A stretch of 64,000 nt of DNA from Balanoglossus misakiensis (Eukaryota > Animalia > Hemichordata). The translations under genes and the position numbers were made by a program. The DNA lies in assembly GCA_040954595.2 (NCBI GenBank), contig CM082590.2:10938088-11002087 (forward strand), in the 5' to 3' direction. Shown here one piece after another: positions 24,401 through 35,197 of the stretch (its first letter is position 1; every line of letters begins with the position of its first letter). Below the pieces are notes generated by a model. That model saw only the letters and a list, made by a program, of their open reading frames with translations, was not told the origin of the DNA and made no database searches.

Positions 24401-27395
24401 ACAAAATATGAATCTGGCTCCAATTCGGGTAAATCCAGCATCGCAAGAAAACTCCACCGTTGATCCATCAGTATAGGACCCTGTCTGTGTGCCATTCACA
24501 GGAGTTCCCGGATCAGTACAGGCTGCAAGGAACAAAAAAGAGTAAAACTATCGAATGTGAACAAAGACAGTTTACTGACAATACAATTATAAAACATGAC
24601 CTGTCAACACTCTCCTTATCCTCAGCTAACAGACAATACCAATTTTAATATGTGAAGATTCTAATATATGCATGTCATGTTGGCTAATTTGCATAACAGT
24701 AGTGGTCATTGTTATGTTAATGAGTTTCGATTGTTATCTAAAAATTAAAGGATAGAGGCCCTTCTCTATAACTGAGCATACCACAATAGTTGTACACTTT
24801 TGCAACAGGAGGGTGTGGTACCATTTATTACTTAACTTATTATAAAAACAGTCACAATCAAAGTTGATAATAAATAAGCTTATTCATCAGTAAGCTTATC
24901 AAAGTGTAACATCATGAAAATAATGCAAAAAAGTGCACTTTTGACTTGATTTCCAGATGTTATGCCCACATACAAGGTGTGATTTGAACTGTCATACCCA
25001 GTGACCGAAAATATTTCTCAGAACAGAACGTAAAAAAACGAAAGTACCGACGGTAATGCCAAAAGTGTCCTTTAATGATGGTGTCCAATTTTGCTACTTG
25101 TATTGTATGTCGTTCTCAAGCAAGCCAAATAATCAGAGAGCGCCTCAACAAATAGCAAATAAGACGATTTAAAACGATTAGTGACATCTTTGCCCACACG
25201 CACCAAGCCTCATCACTTTGAATCCATGGCAACATCTCTGTTATTTAAATGAGCATTAAGTTTCTTCCTGGTATGGTTGGAATTTACCGTCCAAGCTCAA
25301 TAACAGACAAAACCTCGAGCTAGTACAGACAGAACTGTAGGCAGACAGAGTGCTTAAGCTTGAAAGAAAAATTGGAAAGTGATGATGAAGGCGTTCAAAC
25401 TCTAGACCAATACGAGAGTATCTTTGAAAACTGTCCAATCTACCTCTCTATGTCTCTCGAACTTGCTACCGTTTTCGCAAACAGATCACTTCCGGTTGTA
25501 CAAGATGAAATCAACAACACTTCACTATGTATCAACTTCCTCGCTTGTTCTTATAATAGATAAGAAACGGAAATATCCGAATGAGGTGCTCGGAACTCTT
25601 CGGAAAGTGGAGTCTTGTGTTACGTACGACTCCAAGCGAGTTACATGTACGATCCTCTCAAGATGAGGTGACTTTGAGGGTGTTTTTTTCTGGATTAACT
25701 AGCATTGTATGAGGTTTGCGCGAGAATTTAGTTAAATTTCACACTTTTCATGGTCTTTAGCAGTGACAACTCGTCAAAAATAAGATGCTGAAGAACTTCA
25801 TGTTGAGTGGCCAAAAAAGAACGATATATCGAGAGAAAAGAAACGTTTTAAAATATATAGAGATAAAAAAGATTAGCAAAAACAGCAAAGACACATTGCC
25901 ATTTGTAGAGAAATACTAGGTCATAGACCTTTCAATTGTAGGATCACGCTACAAGCTTAATACATACTGTATTGTAATTTGTTGGGTTTTAATGATGGAA
26001 TTCAATGGGTCGACAATTACCCTATTGTTCTGCTAGCAAAGCCTTTCGTTGTCAAATACTCCAAGATAGCCAAACTCGCCAGACTTGGAAATACCAGAGA
26101 CTGTTTACCGATAGGATTTGGTGGTTTAAGGGGTAAATAGTGTCAGTTACATCTATGATTGAATCACGAAAGTCTCTGCAATATACTTGTTTAGATATTA
26201 GACGCAGTGTCCATTTCTGTAAACACAGACGGGTGGAATTTTAAGGCGTTGCCTGAAAGTTACGTGGAAGTAATTGTTTTTTTCTCTCTCTCACGAAATG
26301 AACAACTTCGATTCTCAGTAATTTTCATCAACTGTCTGTTTGGAGCCTACATATCTCATCTTCTTTCCTTATTGTGTAAATAATTCCGAAATAAAGGGTC
26401 TCTCTCTCACAGGTGACCCGCATCTCAGGGTATAATTACCATCGCATTTAATTAATTAATCATAAACTGTTATGGTTCATGGTTATTGCTTTTCATGCTT
26501 CGTTTATCGGGTGATTTCAGTGATCTGTTCGCTTACTGAGTTATCGAGCAAAACGTAAAGAAATTTAAGTTTTAAATTTTCCTTTCGGCTAAACATGGTA
26601 ATGAACCATTTGGTGACGTGTATTGTGTTTTGACTTTACGTCGGAGAGGAGTTTAGTGTACACCAAATGGGAAGTAAAAGATCCTGCGAAATTATGGGAA
26701 ATTGACTACAAATATTTTAGGGTATCTCTATGTTCAGTTACCCGCATTTTCTGAGTGACGCGTATATTTGGTGACTCTAGTGCCAAATCAGGTTGAGTAG
26801 CTAAAGGCGTAGCATTTATTTTGCCAGTGAAATTGCTATGTGACGGCTATAGATGTTCACTGAAGCATAACGCGTTGAAAGGCGTTCGGCATTCCCCAGG
26901 CAATCAATCAATCTTACCGCTTCCCATATTACACAAAATCGTAGCCCGGAATTTTTTTATGCGCGTGTACGTACGCCAAGTATTCTTAACTGAAGTGTCC
27001 AGTTTCTAAGTTTACTGAAGAGAACGTTTTTTTTCAGGATTTTGTTTGTGGAGAATTGTAACTTAATGACATGCTGCATAGATCCCACGATCAGAACAAA
27101 TCCAGTGATCACATGACTTCACGACTTCATAATGGTCTTAGCCACTTAACAAAAAATATACTTCCAAGTGAAGATGACATTTTGACAACTGTAAATAGAA
27201 TGAGATCAGATCTCATAATTCAGATTGTAAGGGATGTAACAATCATTGATCTCAATGTTTTAACGAATGATTTTTTTACAACTTAGGCGTGGCTGAATAA
27301 CAGCGAACTATCTTACCTGTAGCTGAAGCAAAGGGCAGAGTTACCAGAATTCCACAAGCGCATAGCGCTGCTAGAATCACTTTTCCAGTTTTCAT
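1..27395 (-). CDS. Giant secreted sushi/CCP + HYR (hyalin-like) repeat protein; multi-exon, 3' end outside the window
   Basis: ATG at 27395, signal-peptide exon, 10 CCP exons, then 44 complete and 1 partial HYR exons. Each complete exon is bounded by AG/GT on the minus strand, has a length that is a multiple of 3, and sits between phase-1 introns. About 4,250 aa are encoded in the window. HYR and CCP were recognised by motif (DTTxPxxTCP...DNSG...TCxATDxxGNxGxCxFxVTV; C-x-D-P-G-T-P...F-x-C...C...W-S...P-x-C). Confidence 0.93.
8484..8621 (+). mobile_element. Dispersed repeat end beginning TTAA-AGGGACAAAGTC (Kolobok-like non-autonomous DNA transposon fragment)
   Basis: About 130 bp shared with 20344-20470 and 46448-46592, plus an inverted fragment ending at 37702. 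TTAA followed by AGG fits Kolobok-type termini; the family assignment is inference. Confidence 0.6.
9819..19488 (-). CDS. HYR exon block, proximal part (23 exons)
   Basis: Exons: 9819-10058, 10225-10461, 10595-10837, 11033-11275, 11530-11772, 11917-12159, 12369-12611, 12719-13024, 13196-13438, 13703-13945, 14078-14320, 14527-14769, 14948-15190, 15455-15697, 15830-16072, 16279-16521, 16698-16940, 17048-17353, 17525-17767, 18033-18275, 18408-18650, 18857-19099, 19246-19488. Confidence 0.92.
12300..19231. repeat. Nested tandem duplications of multi-exon units (periods about 1.75 kb and 4.33 kb)
   Basis: ~13250-14990 recurs at ~15000-16740 (exons 13703/15455, 14078/15830 and 14527/16279 are offset by 1752). 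~12300-14700 recurs at ~16630-19030 (12369/16698, 12719/17048 and 13196/17525 are offset by 4329). Confidence 0.93.
20038..24522 (-). CDS. Ten sushi/CCP domain exons of the same gene
   Basis: Exons in transcript order: 24361-24522, 23668-23841, 23418-23588, 22774-22944, 22298-22468, 21898-22068, 21518-21688, 20906-21076, 20568-20744, 20038-20208. Lengths are 162-177 nt, phase 1-1, each with 4 Cys and the conserved Trp (e.g. DCTDPGTPTDGYQVGSPDYSFGSTVQFACNGGYILLGRSVISCDGDGQWSGSVPTC). Confidence 0.93.
20344..20470 (+). mobile_element. Second copy of the TTAA-AGGGACAAAGTC repeat
   Basis: Aligns by eye with 8484-8621 and 46448-46592. Confidence 0.6.
20777..20869. mobile_element. piggyBac-like MITE (93 bp including TTAA flanks)
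   Basis: TTAA-CCCTTTCA...TGAAAGGG-TTAA terminal inverted repeats. A near-identical copy of the same length lies at 41711-41803. Confidence 0.8.
21169..21323. mobile_element. Long inverted-repeat (hairpin) element, probable MITE
   Basis: 21169-21230 (ccttttcattagtcgagttccctcat...gaggccaatggggaaa) is the near reverse complement of 21254-21323 apart from one indel; the loop is about 23 nt. Confidence 0.75.
23179..23426. repeat. Degenerate ~130-bp tandem duplication that includes a copy of a sushi-exon splice donor
   Basis: attctataaact...ggctaaacaattctatagat...gctcac(c/t)tactcagacact occurs twice (23179-23298 and 23311-23426). Confidence 0.75.
23862..24008. mobile_element. Tc1/mariner-pogo-type MITE
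   Basis: TA|CAGTCAAACCTGT ... ACAGGTTTGACTG|TA: perfect 13-bp terminal inverted repeats with a TA target duplication; 147 bp. Confidence 0.85.
27317..27395 (-). CDS. First coding exon (signal peptide) of the sushi-HYR gene
   Basis: MKTGKVILAALCACGILVTLPFASAT has a basic N-region, hydrophobic core and A-S-A cleavage motif. It ends at a G|GTAAGA phase-1 donor compatible with the first CCP exon. Confidence 0.85.
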
Positions 27396-27494
27396 ACTAC
27401 CAAGACATGTCTCGCTATAATCCCACAATGTTTGCCAAAAGCACACACATACACGGGACGGACGGTGACCACTTAAACTCTTTCCCACTTGGTG

Positions 27495-27501
27495 TTTTAT
27501 A
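27495..27501 (-). promoter_or_regulatory. TATA box of the sushi-HYR gene
   Basis: TATAAAA on the minus strand, 100 nt upstream of the ATG. Confidence 0.6.
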
Positions 27502-30374
27502 GACCAGTACAGTGACCTGGGACACACCCTAGCGTTACGTAACCCAGTTCGATGGAGGGTTTTCAACATATTGTTTCTTTACACAAAGACAGAATCAAGT
27601 CTTATACAAGAGCTTGAATATTTACAACTGAATGAGTTGCGAAACGCAAAGAATGGCCGTGTTTCGACACTCTAACATGTCACAAAACATTGAAACCTAC
27701 ATAACCCCACATTTTAAGAAGGGCGTGTTCTCGTGACTAAAAGATGTTTACTGAAAAGTAAATGTCAAGAACTACTTTGGGGAGTTTGTCAAAGTTTCGG
27801 TGAAGAAGATTGAATGCAATCATGTTCTGGTGCAAAGTTTCGTTCTGTACCAGAAGTATTCTGGCAAAGGGGGGCATATCCTTCCTGATAATGCCATCCT
27901 GGATGGAAAACTATCTACTGTTTTGTCACGTTGGAATCCAAAGTCACTCTTGTGTGCACGATGCAAAACACATCCATGCAATACTGCATCCAACAGATGC
28001 ATGCCATCGGGCAACTTTTCATTGTTACGTACAAAGGTCCCACCCAGACAGTCTAAAGAGCTATACGGGATCAATCACGTCTTTTTGTTTCTGCATAGCT
28101 CACTGGGCGGCGCTCTTAGTTGACACGCGCGTGTAACATTTCCAGAAATATACCAGTACTAGGAAGGCACAAGAATCCATGACAACTGTATAAACTCATA
28201 CGATACAACAGATACAAATAAACTTCGCCGTGCACATTCGAAGGATAAAATGGTTACATCAATTGGAATAGAGTTTGTTTTGACAGTCTACCCGCATTGT
28301 CCACGAAGTGTGAATCACCGATTTAAAGTTTGTGTGGGAGTGCTTCTAAGGGGATGGGCCAGGCAAACAGTATACGGAACTTCAGGAGGTCTTTCTCGTG
28401 GTTTCGCAAGCTGACACACTTTGTAACGTGGACAAAACAAAAGATTGCACTCCAGGGATTTTTATTACATGGAGGCCACAAGTTCACAACGTGTGAATCT
28501 GTGCGTCCGTCGATTTCATTGTGATATAGCACGCGCACGCGACCTTCCCTCACCTAACAATAATGATAACAATGTCAGAGGAAACTGACGACAGTATATT
28601 CTATATATAGACCTATTGTTTCGTGTCTTCTGGACGGCGTGTATGTTTCCTCGCCTCGTCGATGTCGTCAATTTCAGAAATGTGTACCCTTCGTTTTTAT
28701 CATACACGTTGGTCGCTTGGTGCAGCAAAATGACAGAAACAACAAAACACATTTATGGGGTCTGAAACTAACCTCAAACCTGTCCAATTTGAAGTACTTG
28801 TACCAGTTCCAGGCGTCGCTAACAAGAGGAAAATATGCAAAAATCTTCAGGATAAACAGGTGCCTCAGTTCATTGACCAGAACAGTCAGATCTTTGCAGA
28901 CGACACTCGGGGGCTACCTCCTATGTTGTATCATCCCGTCCTTTCGATGTAATTTTCAGCAATATTGTCTAAAATGGAGAAGATAGAAATCATTGGATCA
29001 AGGTCTTAAATGAGTGTCACTTTTTCGTTGGTTTAATAATTCAAACAACGGAATTCTCGATTTCGATTTTGATAAAATATGCACGAATCCGTTGGTGTAA
29101 ACTAAGAAACTGCATCAGTCCTAAGTTCTAAACGGTGTAGTTACATTCTTAGTGATTGGTGAATCTTTCTGATTACCTGGAATTGGACCAATTACAAAGT
29201 GTTTCTTACCAAGCTTTGTTTACTCAAAGTGCGTTTGGTTGATACCATGTTGACTTGAGGGGTGGGTCGAGTTACTTCGGTAAACGTTCGGAAATTGCTT
29301 GATGCAGCTGCAGGGAGATCCTGTCAAGATCTGGAACTGGACGAGAAGAAAGTGGCAGCAGAAACAAGCAGCAAAAATTAAGCTGTTAAGGGAAATTATG
29401 GTTTCACTGTAATCGTTTATTTTTAGAAAGTTTTCTCTCTTATCAAAATAGCTATTGCCATGAGTATGGATATGTCAAAAATTCATCTCATAGTAAGTGC
29501 GCACCTCGATCGCCATCATCAATGACACCACCATGTTGTTGAAACAAGGTTTCTTTCGTTTGCTCGAACGTAGATTCGTGGGGGGGGGGGGTGACTATGA
29601 CGACGATCGTGCCCTTGTCCAAGTTTAGGCTTTCTTGACAAAATAAGGCTCTGTTATTGATACAACTACGTGTAAATAATGTCATTTCCTCCAACATTTC
29701 CATGATCATCAAGCAAACAGGAAATTTAACAACGTAACCAAGTGCTGACTTTCACATATCTCTCTGTACATCTCAATACATGTTGTATACATGCACTAAG
29801 TTAATCGATCAATGTATGTTTCACCTCATTATATCGATAGGCGGGGTTTTAAAAGTTGCCACCCCAACTCCAAATATGGCAAGTAAACTGGGCTCTTCCT
29901 ACAATTGTTCACACCCCCTGTACAAGCCCCGGTGATGGGTTCACAGATGTACAGCAGATATGTGTGGTTCTCTCACGAGAGATTTCATATCCGATAATGC
30001 AAACATACAGACAATGAATGGTAGATCCTGATTTAAAATACTTAAAATTTTAGAGTTGATCGGCCTCGCATTTGAACACTTCAAACCATTCACGTTTTCA
30101 TATCTACCACGGGACACACACGATCATTTTGAATGTTGACATTTCAGTTGCGATAGCTTCATGGTTTTTTGAAGGCAGGCCAATAGTGGTGGTATTCATT
30201 TTCCCGAAAGCCCGCATTAGCGTAATCTGATATACACGTGTTATATCGCGCACACGCGCGCGTCTCTGGGCCATCCATAGTAACAGTCAACCACTGCCCT
30301 ATTTTAAAAAGTGACCTTCACCTTTTAATTTCGCATACAGGCTCAAAAGGTGAAGGTCAGTCTGTCTGTCGCCA

Positions 30375-30440
30375 TCTCTCTATGTTTCTCTCTATGTCTT
30401 TCTCTCTCTCCTATTCCCCCCCTCTCTCTCTCTCTCTCTC
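30375..30440. repeat. (CT)n-rich microsatellite
   Basis: Imperfect CT runs. Confidence 0.8.
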
Positions 30441-32220
30441 CCTGATTTGCAGAATCTGGAAACAAGGCTATATTCTAGATCACGAAATGGACATTTATGA
30501 AAGAAACAAGGTTGAAATAAGCAATTGAAAGTCGAAGCATTCACACGTTGTAATCAATTTCTTAATATTCATTATATTGGACAGTTTTGGGATAGATGAC
30601 GTCATCGCTTACACATCCCAAAAGAAACTATAAAATGGCGTCATTTCGAACCAGACAAAGCCAACACCTAGAGAATAAAATGATTCCAATAGCAACATGC
30701 CCAGACATTACCAAATCTACTTAATGTCGCGGATTGTTAAATTTTACGAGAAAGGTCGCATTGCACAATGTACTGGTCCAATAGGCCGTAAAATAGTATC
30801 CCTGGTCTAACAACCAGCTTTTCAACGTGGACTAGTGACTATATCTGCAGCAGCTGTATCAACTGTCCCTCTTCAATTCAACTTTGCTCCCTGAGCTAAA
30901 TAGAAGCTTTTCATTTGGTATGACCTCACAATATGCATGATTCAATGAGTCTTTTTATGATATCATACATCATGTTTCATAAGTCTTTTCCGCGTGACAG
31001 GTGTGTTGGGATTAATACGTCATAATTAACTCGGAATTTGTCTTCAGTTATATGAACGTCACGTTGTAATGCCCCACGTGTAACTCTTGAAAATGGTTTG
31101 TCTACAAAAAATACCTGTGTTGCCAAGTTGAGTGTAGATGACCCGAAGCAAGTGACCTTCAGACGACCTTGAACGGTTCAATGTTATTGACAGTGTTTGT
31201 TTGTGAAGTTCCTTTGGACTTTAAACTTTATAGTGAAAACGATATGCGCTGAGGTGTGGGGTATTTTTAGCACACAGTATAGGGGAGGTTTGCATGTACT
31301 GAATATATATGGCTGTGTGTGTACGTGTATGTGTGTGGGTGTGTATGTGGGGAAGGGGGTGCATTGCATTGGGCCCCAGGGAGCTAGCTAGTTATAGCAA
31401 AGGCCAGCCTATACTTGGCCTTAGATCCCGTTGTTGCTGCGTTCTAGAACCACAGAAAGTAGACGGACGCCCTTTTCTGGTCTCGGGTTCTATACGCCTT
31501 CTGTTGATTCACAAATTAATCCTCAAAACTCAAACTTTTGACCGAAAACGTGATTTTTTCTAATCACGTTCCAGCCTCGTGTGTGTAGAAAAATGCCTTT
31601 GTCGCGTTGATATATGCGACCTACTTTTAAGGTAGCATAGGTAACACACATTTCAGCGTGGCAACAAACAAAAATGGACATTTTTTACTTTTACTTTCGA
31701 TGTGTGGAATGCCGTAAGTCTGGAGGACATCCCGTTTGAGGAAAGACCTGAGTTTTCGTTTTAAATGGGAGAATTTCTTCAGACAAGCTGTGTCATTTAT
31801 GTCTACGTGCACAACGTGCGAACGTTGAACTCCTATGAACCATGGTACCAAGTCAGTCGACTCGGTAAAACCACGTGGACATTTCCATGTCTCAATTCGC
31901 CGGTTTCAATGTACAATGAACACTTTTCAGGATTTTTACCGTGGAAAATTTTCTTCTATATTTGCAAGAAAATAAAGTTGACCAAAGTTAGGTTTTGAGT
32001 TATGTTCTTTTCGTCAAATCTCTCATAAAATACGCTCTCGCTGTTTAATCCGCAGGACGGGGTAATTATAATTTTATCTTTGGCACAAGACATCATATGT
32101 TTGAACTAGTGTATAATTTTGATTTTCTTTTGTTTCATTTTGATGAAAACCGCCGACAAATTTCTCTTTCCATGTGCTTGATAAAGCTTTTACACTAATA
32201 GCACGAGGGATTATCTCTCG

Positions 32221-32309
32221 CCAATCGATAAATGGAACAGCCCAACTCCGATTGGATTTGGTGTACTGATTCACCAATGGCAATAGCGCTACGGAGATGT
32301 CTAGCCAAT
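32221..32309. promoter_or_regulatory. CCAAT-box cluster upstream of GATM
   Basis: CCAAT/ATTGG at 32221, 32251, 32274 and 32305, 150-235 nt upstream of the GATM ATG in a CpG-containing region. Confidence 0.55.
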
Positions 32310-32455
32310 TAGAGGCTTTGTAACATCACTCGACCCCTCGTCGATTTCTAGAGGGGTGTCGATTTCCTCAAACAGCAACCAAATCTTCTGTGTATTTCAT
32401 ACCGTACGCAACGTATCGCGTCTTCTCTCACAATTCCTCGTGAAATTTCTCGATA

Positions 32456-35166
32456 ATGTTGCACATCCGAGCCTTCCGCGGTGGTTGCAGAGGAAGAGAA
32501 GCGGCACATCTTTTGGGCAATGTGAGTTTTTCTGTGGAATTTTGTCATCAAATCACATTTTTGGAGCTGTTTTAAGTGTGAAGGATTTACCTCATCAGCG
32601 CGATAGTGCGTGCGTGCGTGACCTTATGCGGACGCGGTGATGTCGCTTGCTGAATATATTTCATGTATATCATGTATATTGCAAGGTCCAGACAGAACCG
32701 CTATATGACAGAGAACAAGCAAATATTTTCCAGCTACAAACCGAATATTCAGTTCCTCAAAACCGACAGTTTAAATATCGACTTGTCTTTAACAAGTGTA
32801 CGATCGATTTTTAAAGTCACTCCATCCAGCGATTTTTTTCGGCAAGGGCACATGGGTTAGTATCAAATTTTGTTTTAAAAATGCAAATTAGGTGTCTGAC
32901 TAACCGCTAGATGCAAATATAAGAAAGTACTGCTTCCCTATATCAGTGTGTTATTATTCCGGGGAAGTGAAATTTTAAAGCGTTCTCCAGTTCCCTAAGC
33001 GGATTTTTTTTTCGCGTCTTGAACCCGGCATTATATAACAACTACACTTGAGTTTGAGAGTAATTTCAGGTGATCGATTTCGCAAGGGACAGTTTATACG
33101 ATGGGATTTCATCGGTCGATATTTACTGCCAACGCGAGTTTATGTCATCGTTTTGTTTTGTTTTCTGCCGACGAGAGCTAATATTTGATGTGCTACTAAA
33201 GGATCATTAGTTGCGACGTGTACAGACAGTTGGAGTTCCAAAGAATTTAAGTTACGTTTCAGCGATTTTTATGGTGAAATTGTAGCAAAAGTTGAGAGTT
33301 TTCAATGGCGGGAATAGAAAAACGTGTCTTCACACAATTCGCACGCAAAACAAAGGGCGTATTTAAAGTTTAATCAACTTCGTCTTTGGCTTAAACGAAA
33401 TTACGTGGTCATCTTGTTTAAATATTGGGTTTTAAAGTCAGTCTGGCAATCGATCGATACTGACAATACACGCATCCAGTGATGGTGTGATCGCGGGTTT
33501 CAAAGATCATAGTAAAATGCTAAACTTCATTGTTACAATGAAAAGAGAGTCCAGCTTTTGAGTGTTTCGCGTTTAATTTTAAAAGATCGTGAAAAGCGAA
33601 AGCGCTTGCTCTTAACATGTTTGTTATTGATATTGTGTTTCCCGAGATCCGTGAAGTTGGAAGACATGGAATTAAAAAAACTCTTTAACTCCCTTGGCCC
33701 CAAAGGCATAATTGAGAATGAAGATGACTTAGAAAACACTAAAAAGTAAAATATTTCCGTGAAGTTTAAAGTGTTTTCCATGTCAGGGAATGTTTATGGC
33801 CAAGCCTGGCAGTGACCATGTCTAAAATGTTCTGCGGGAGTTGGATGCTTTTTTGACCTTCAAACCGTTGACCAAATTTGAGTAGGTCACTCAGTACAGA
33901 CCTCCACTATCACAAGGTGACGTCATCGGAGGCCACTGCCTCATTTGCATATGAAAGCTTATGAGGTCAGGTCATTGGCAGACGTGAATGTAATACAGCC
34001 CTGTTAAAAGGATTCTTTTAAAAAAATCTGGTTGTGGAGGCTCATGTTTTGACTTGCTGGTTGTCATTTTTGCTTGTGATTTTTTTCTTTTTGCCCACCA
34101 GAGTACATAAAATTCATATATACTTGTGTTCATTACTAAGTGATTATCTGATCAAATACTTGGTGATCATTAAACAAGAAAATGCTTAATTGTAGTGTGG
34201 AAGTAATTCCTATCTGGTTTTTGCAGCTGGCAAAAGTTATTTTTAACTCTTGATTTCATATATAGTACTGAAATGATGACATGACTTCCGTGAAACAAAC
34301 ATAATTCTCCGAAACAAACATACTTTGGAGCTAATTATAATTTCAGTGGATCTATAGTATAAATGAGTCACACACTCAGTGCAGCCGTGCTAATTCTTAC
34401 ACATACAGAAATCTTGGTGTCGATATTACATGTAATATGTAATCGACATCGTTTGTTTGAGGCCACAAGAAGTGCTTTTTCTATTTGTCCAGTAACTGGC
34501 AGTTGGCCAAAGAAAACTCAGTAACATGGGGTGAAAAATTAGACGACTGTTGTACCGTAACTTAGGATTGTTTGCTCGTAAGGAGGGGCGTGATATTTAA
34601 ATGAAGTTACGAGTCGACTAACAAAAATGGCGGTATGTAGACATATCGTACAGCAGAGTGAAAAACTGTACTGAATTGTTCTCACATGATTTGTTGACGT
34701 ATCGAGAAATGGCAACTCTTTGAGGAGTACTTTAGTTCCGAGACTGAGCAAACACTTTACAGAACCACCCCTCCTGTGTGGTCAATTTTTCAAACGTGTA
34801 AAACCGTGACTTTTTTGCTTGTTGGACAATTTCCTGGGCTACTTAATTTCTCTAACAGCTGTGTCCTTATTCATGTGAAAAATTAAACAAAAAGAGTAAT
34901 TGGTCTTGGTGATGTTATGTCTATACCCATGATTAATTGTTAGGTATTTTGCTATAAGGTGACACATTTTTAGACAAGTTTAAAAGTGGTTACACACAAT
35001 ACCATTTGATAATTGACGGAATTCTAGAGTTTCTAGTTTGCGTTATCAAGAGTGCTACGCTACGGATTAATTAAAACAAATTAAAGGATTGTATGTAATA
35101 GGAAAAGGGTAAAGTCCCAAGGTAGGCATTGTAAGAGAATACTGATGATGATGATGGTGGTGGTGG

Positions 35167-35197
<31 letters not shown>

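Noticed and set aside
25256-25700. Short ORFs in intron 1 of the sushi-HYR gene
   Set aside because: No recognisable domain or consistent splice structure; possibly a decayed repeat.
28918-28968. Selenoprotein reading (TGC TGA = Cys-Sec) through the candidate small exons
   Set aside because: The upstream exon phase does not fit that frame and I could not identify a convincing SECIS downstream.
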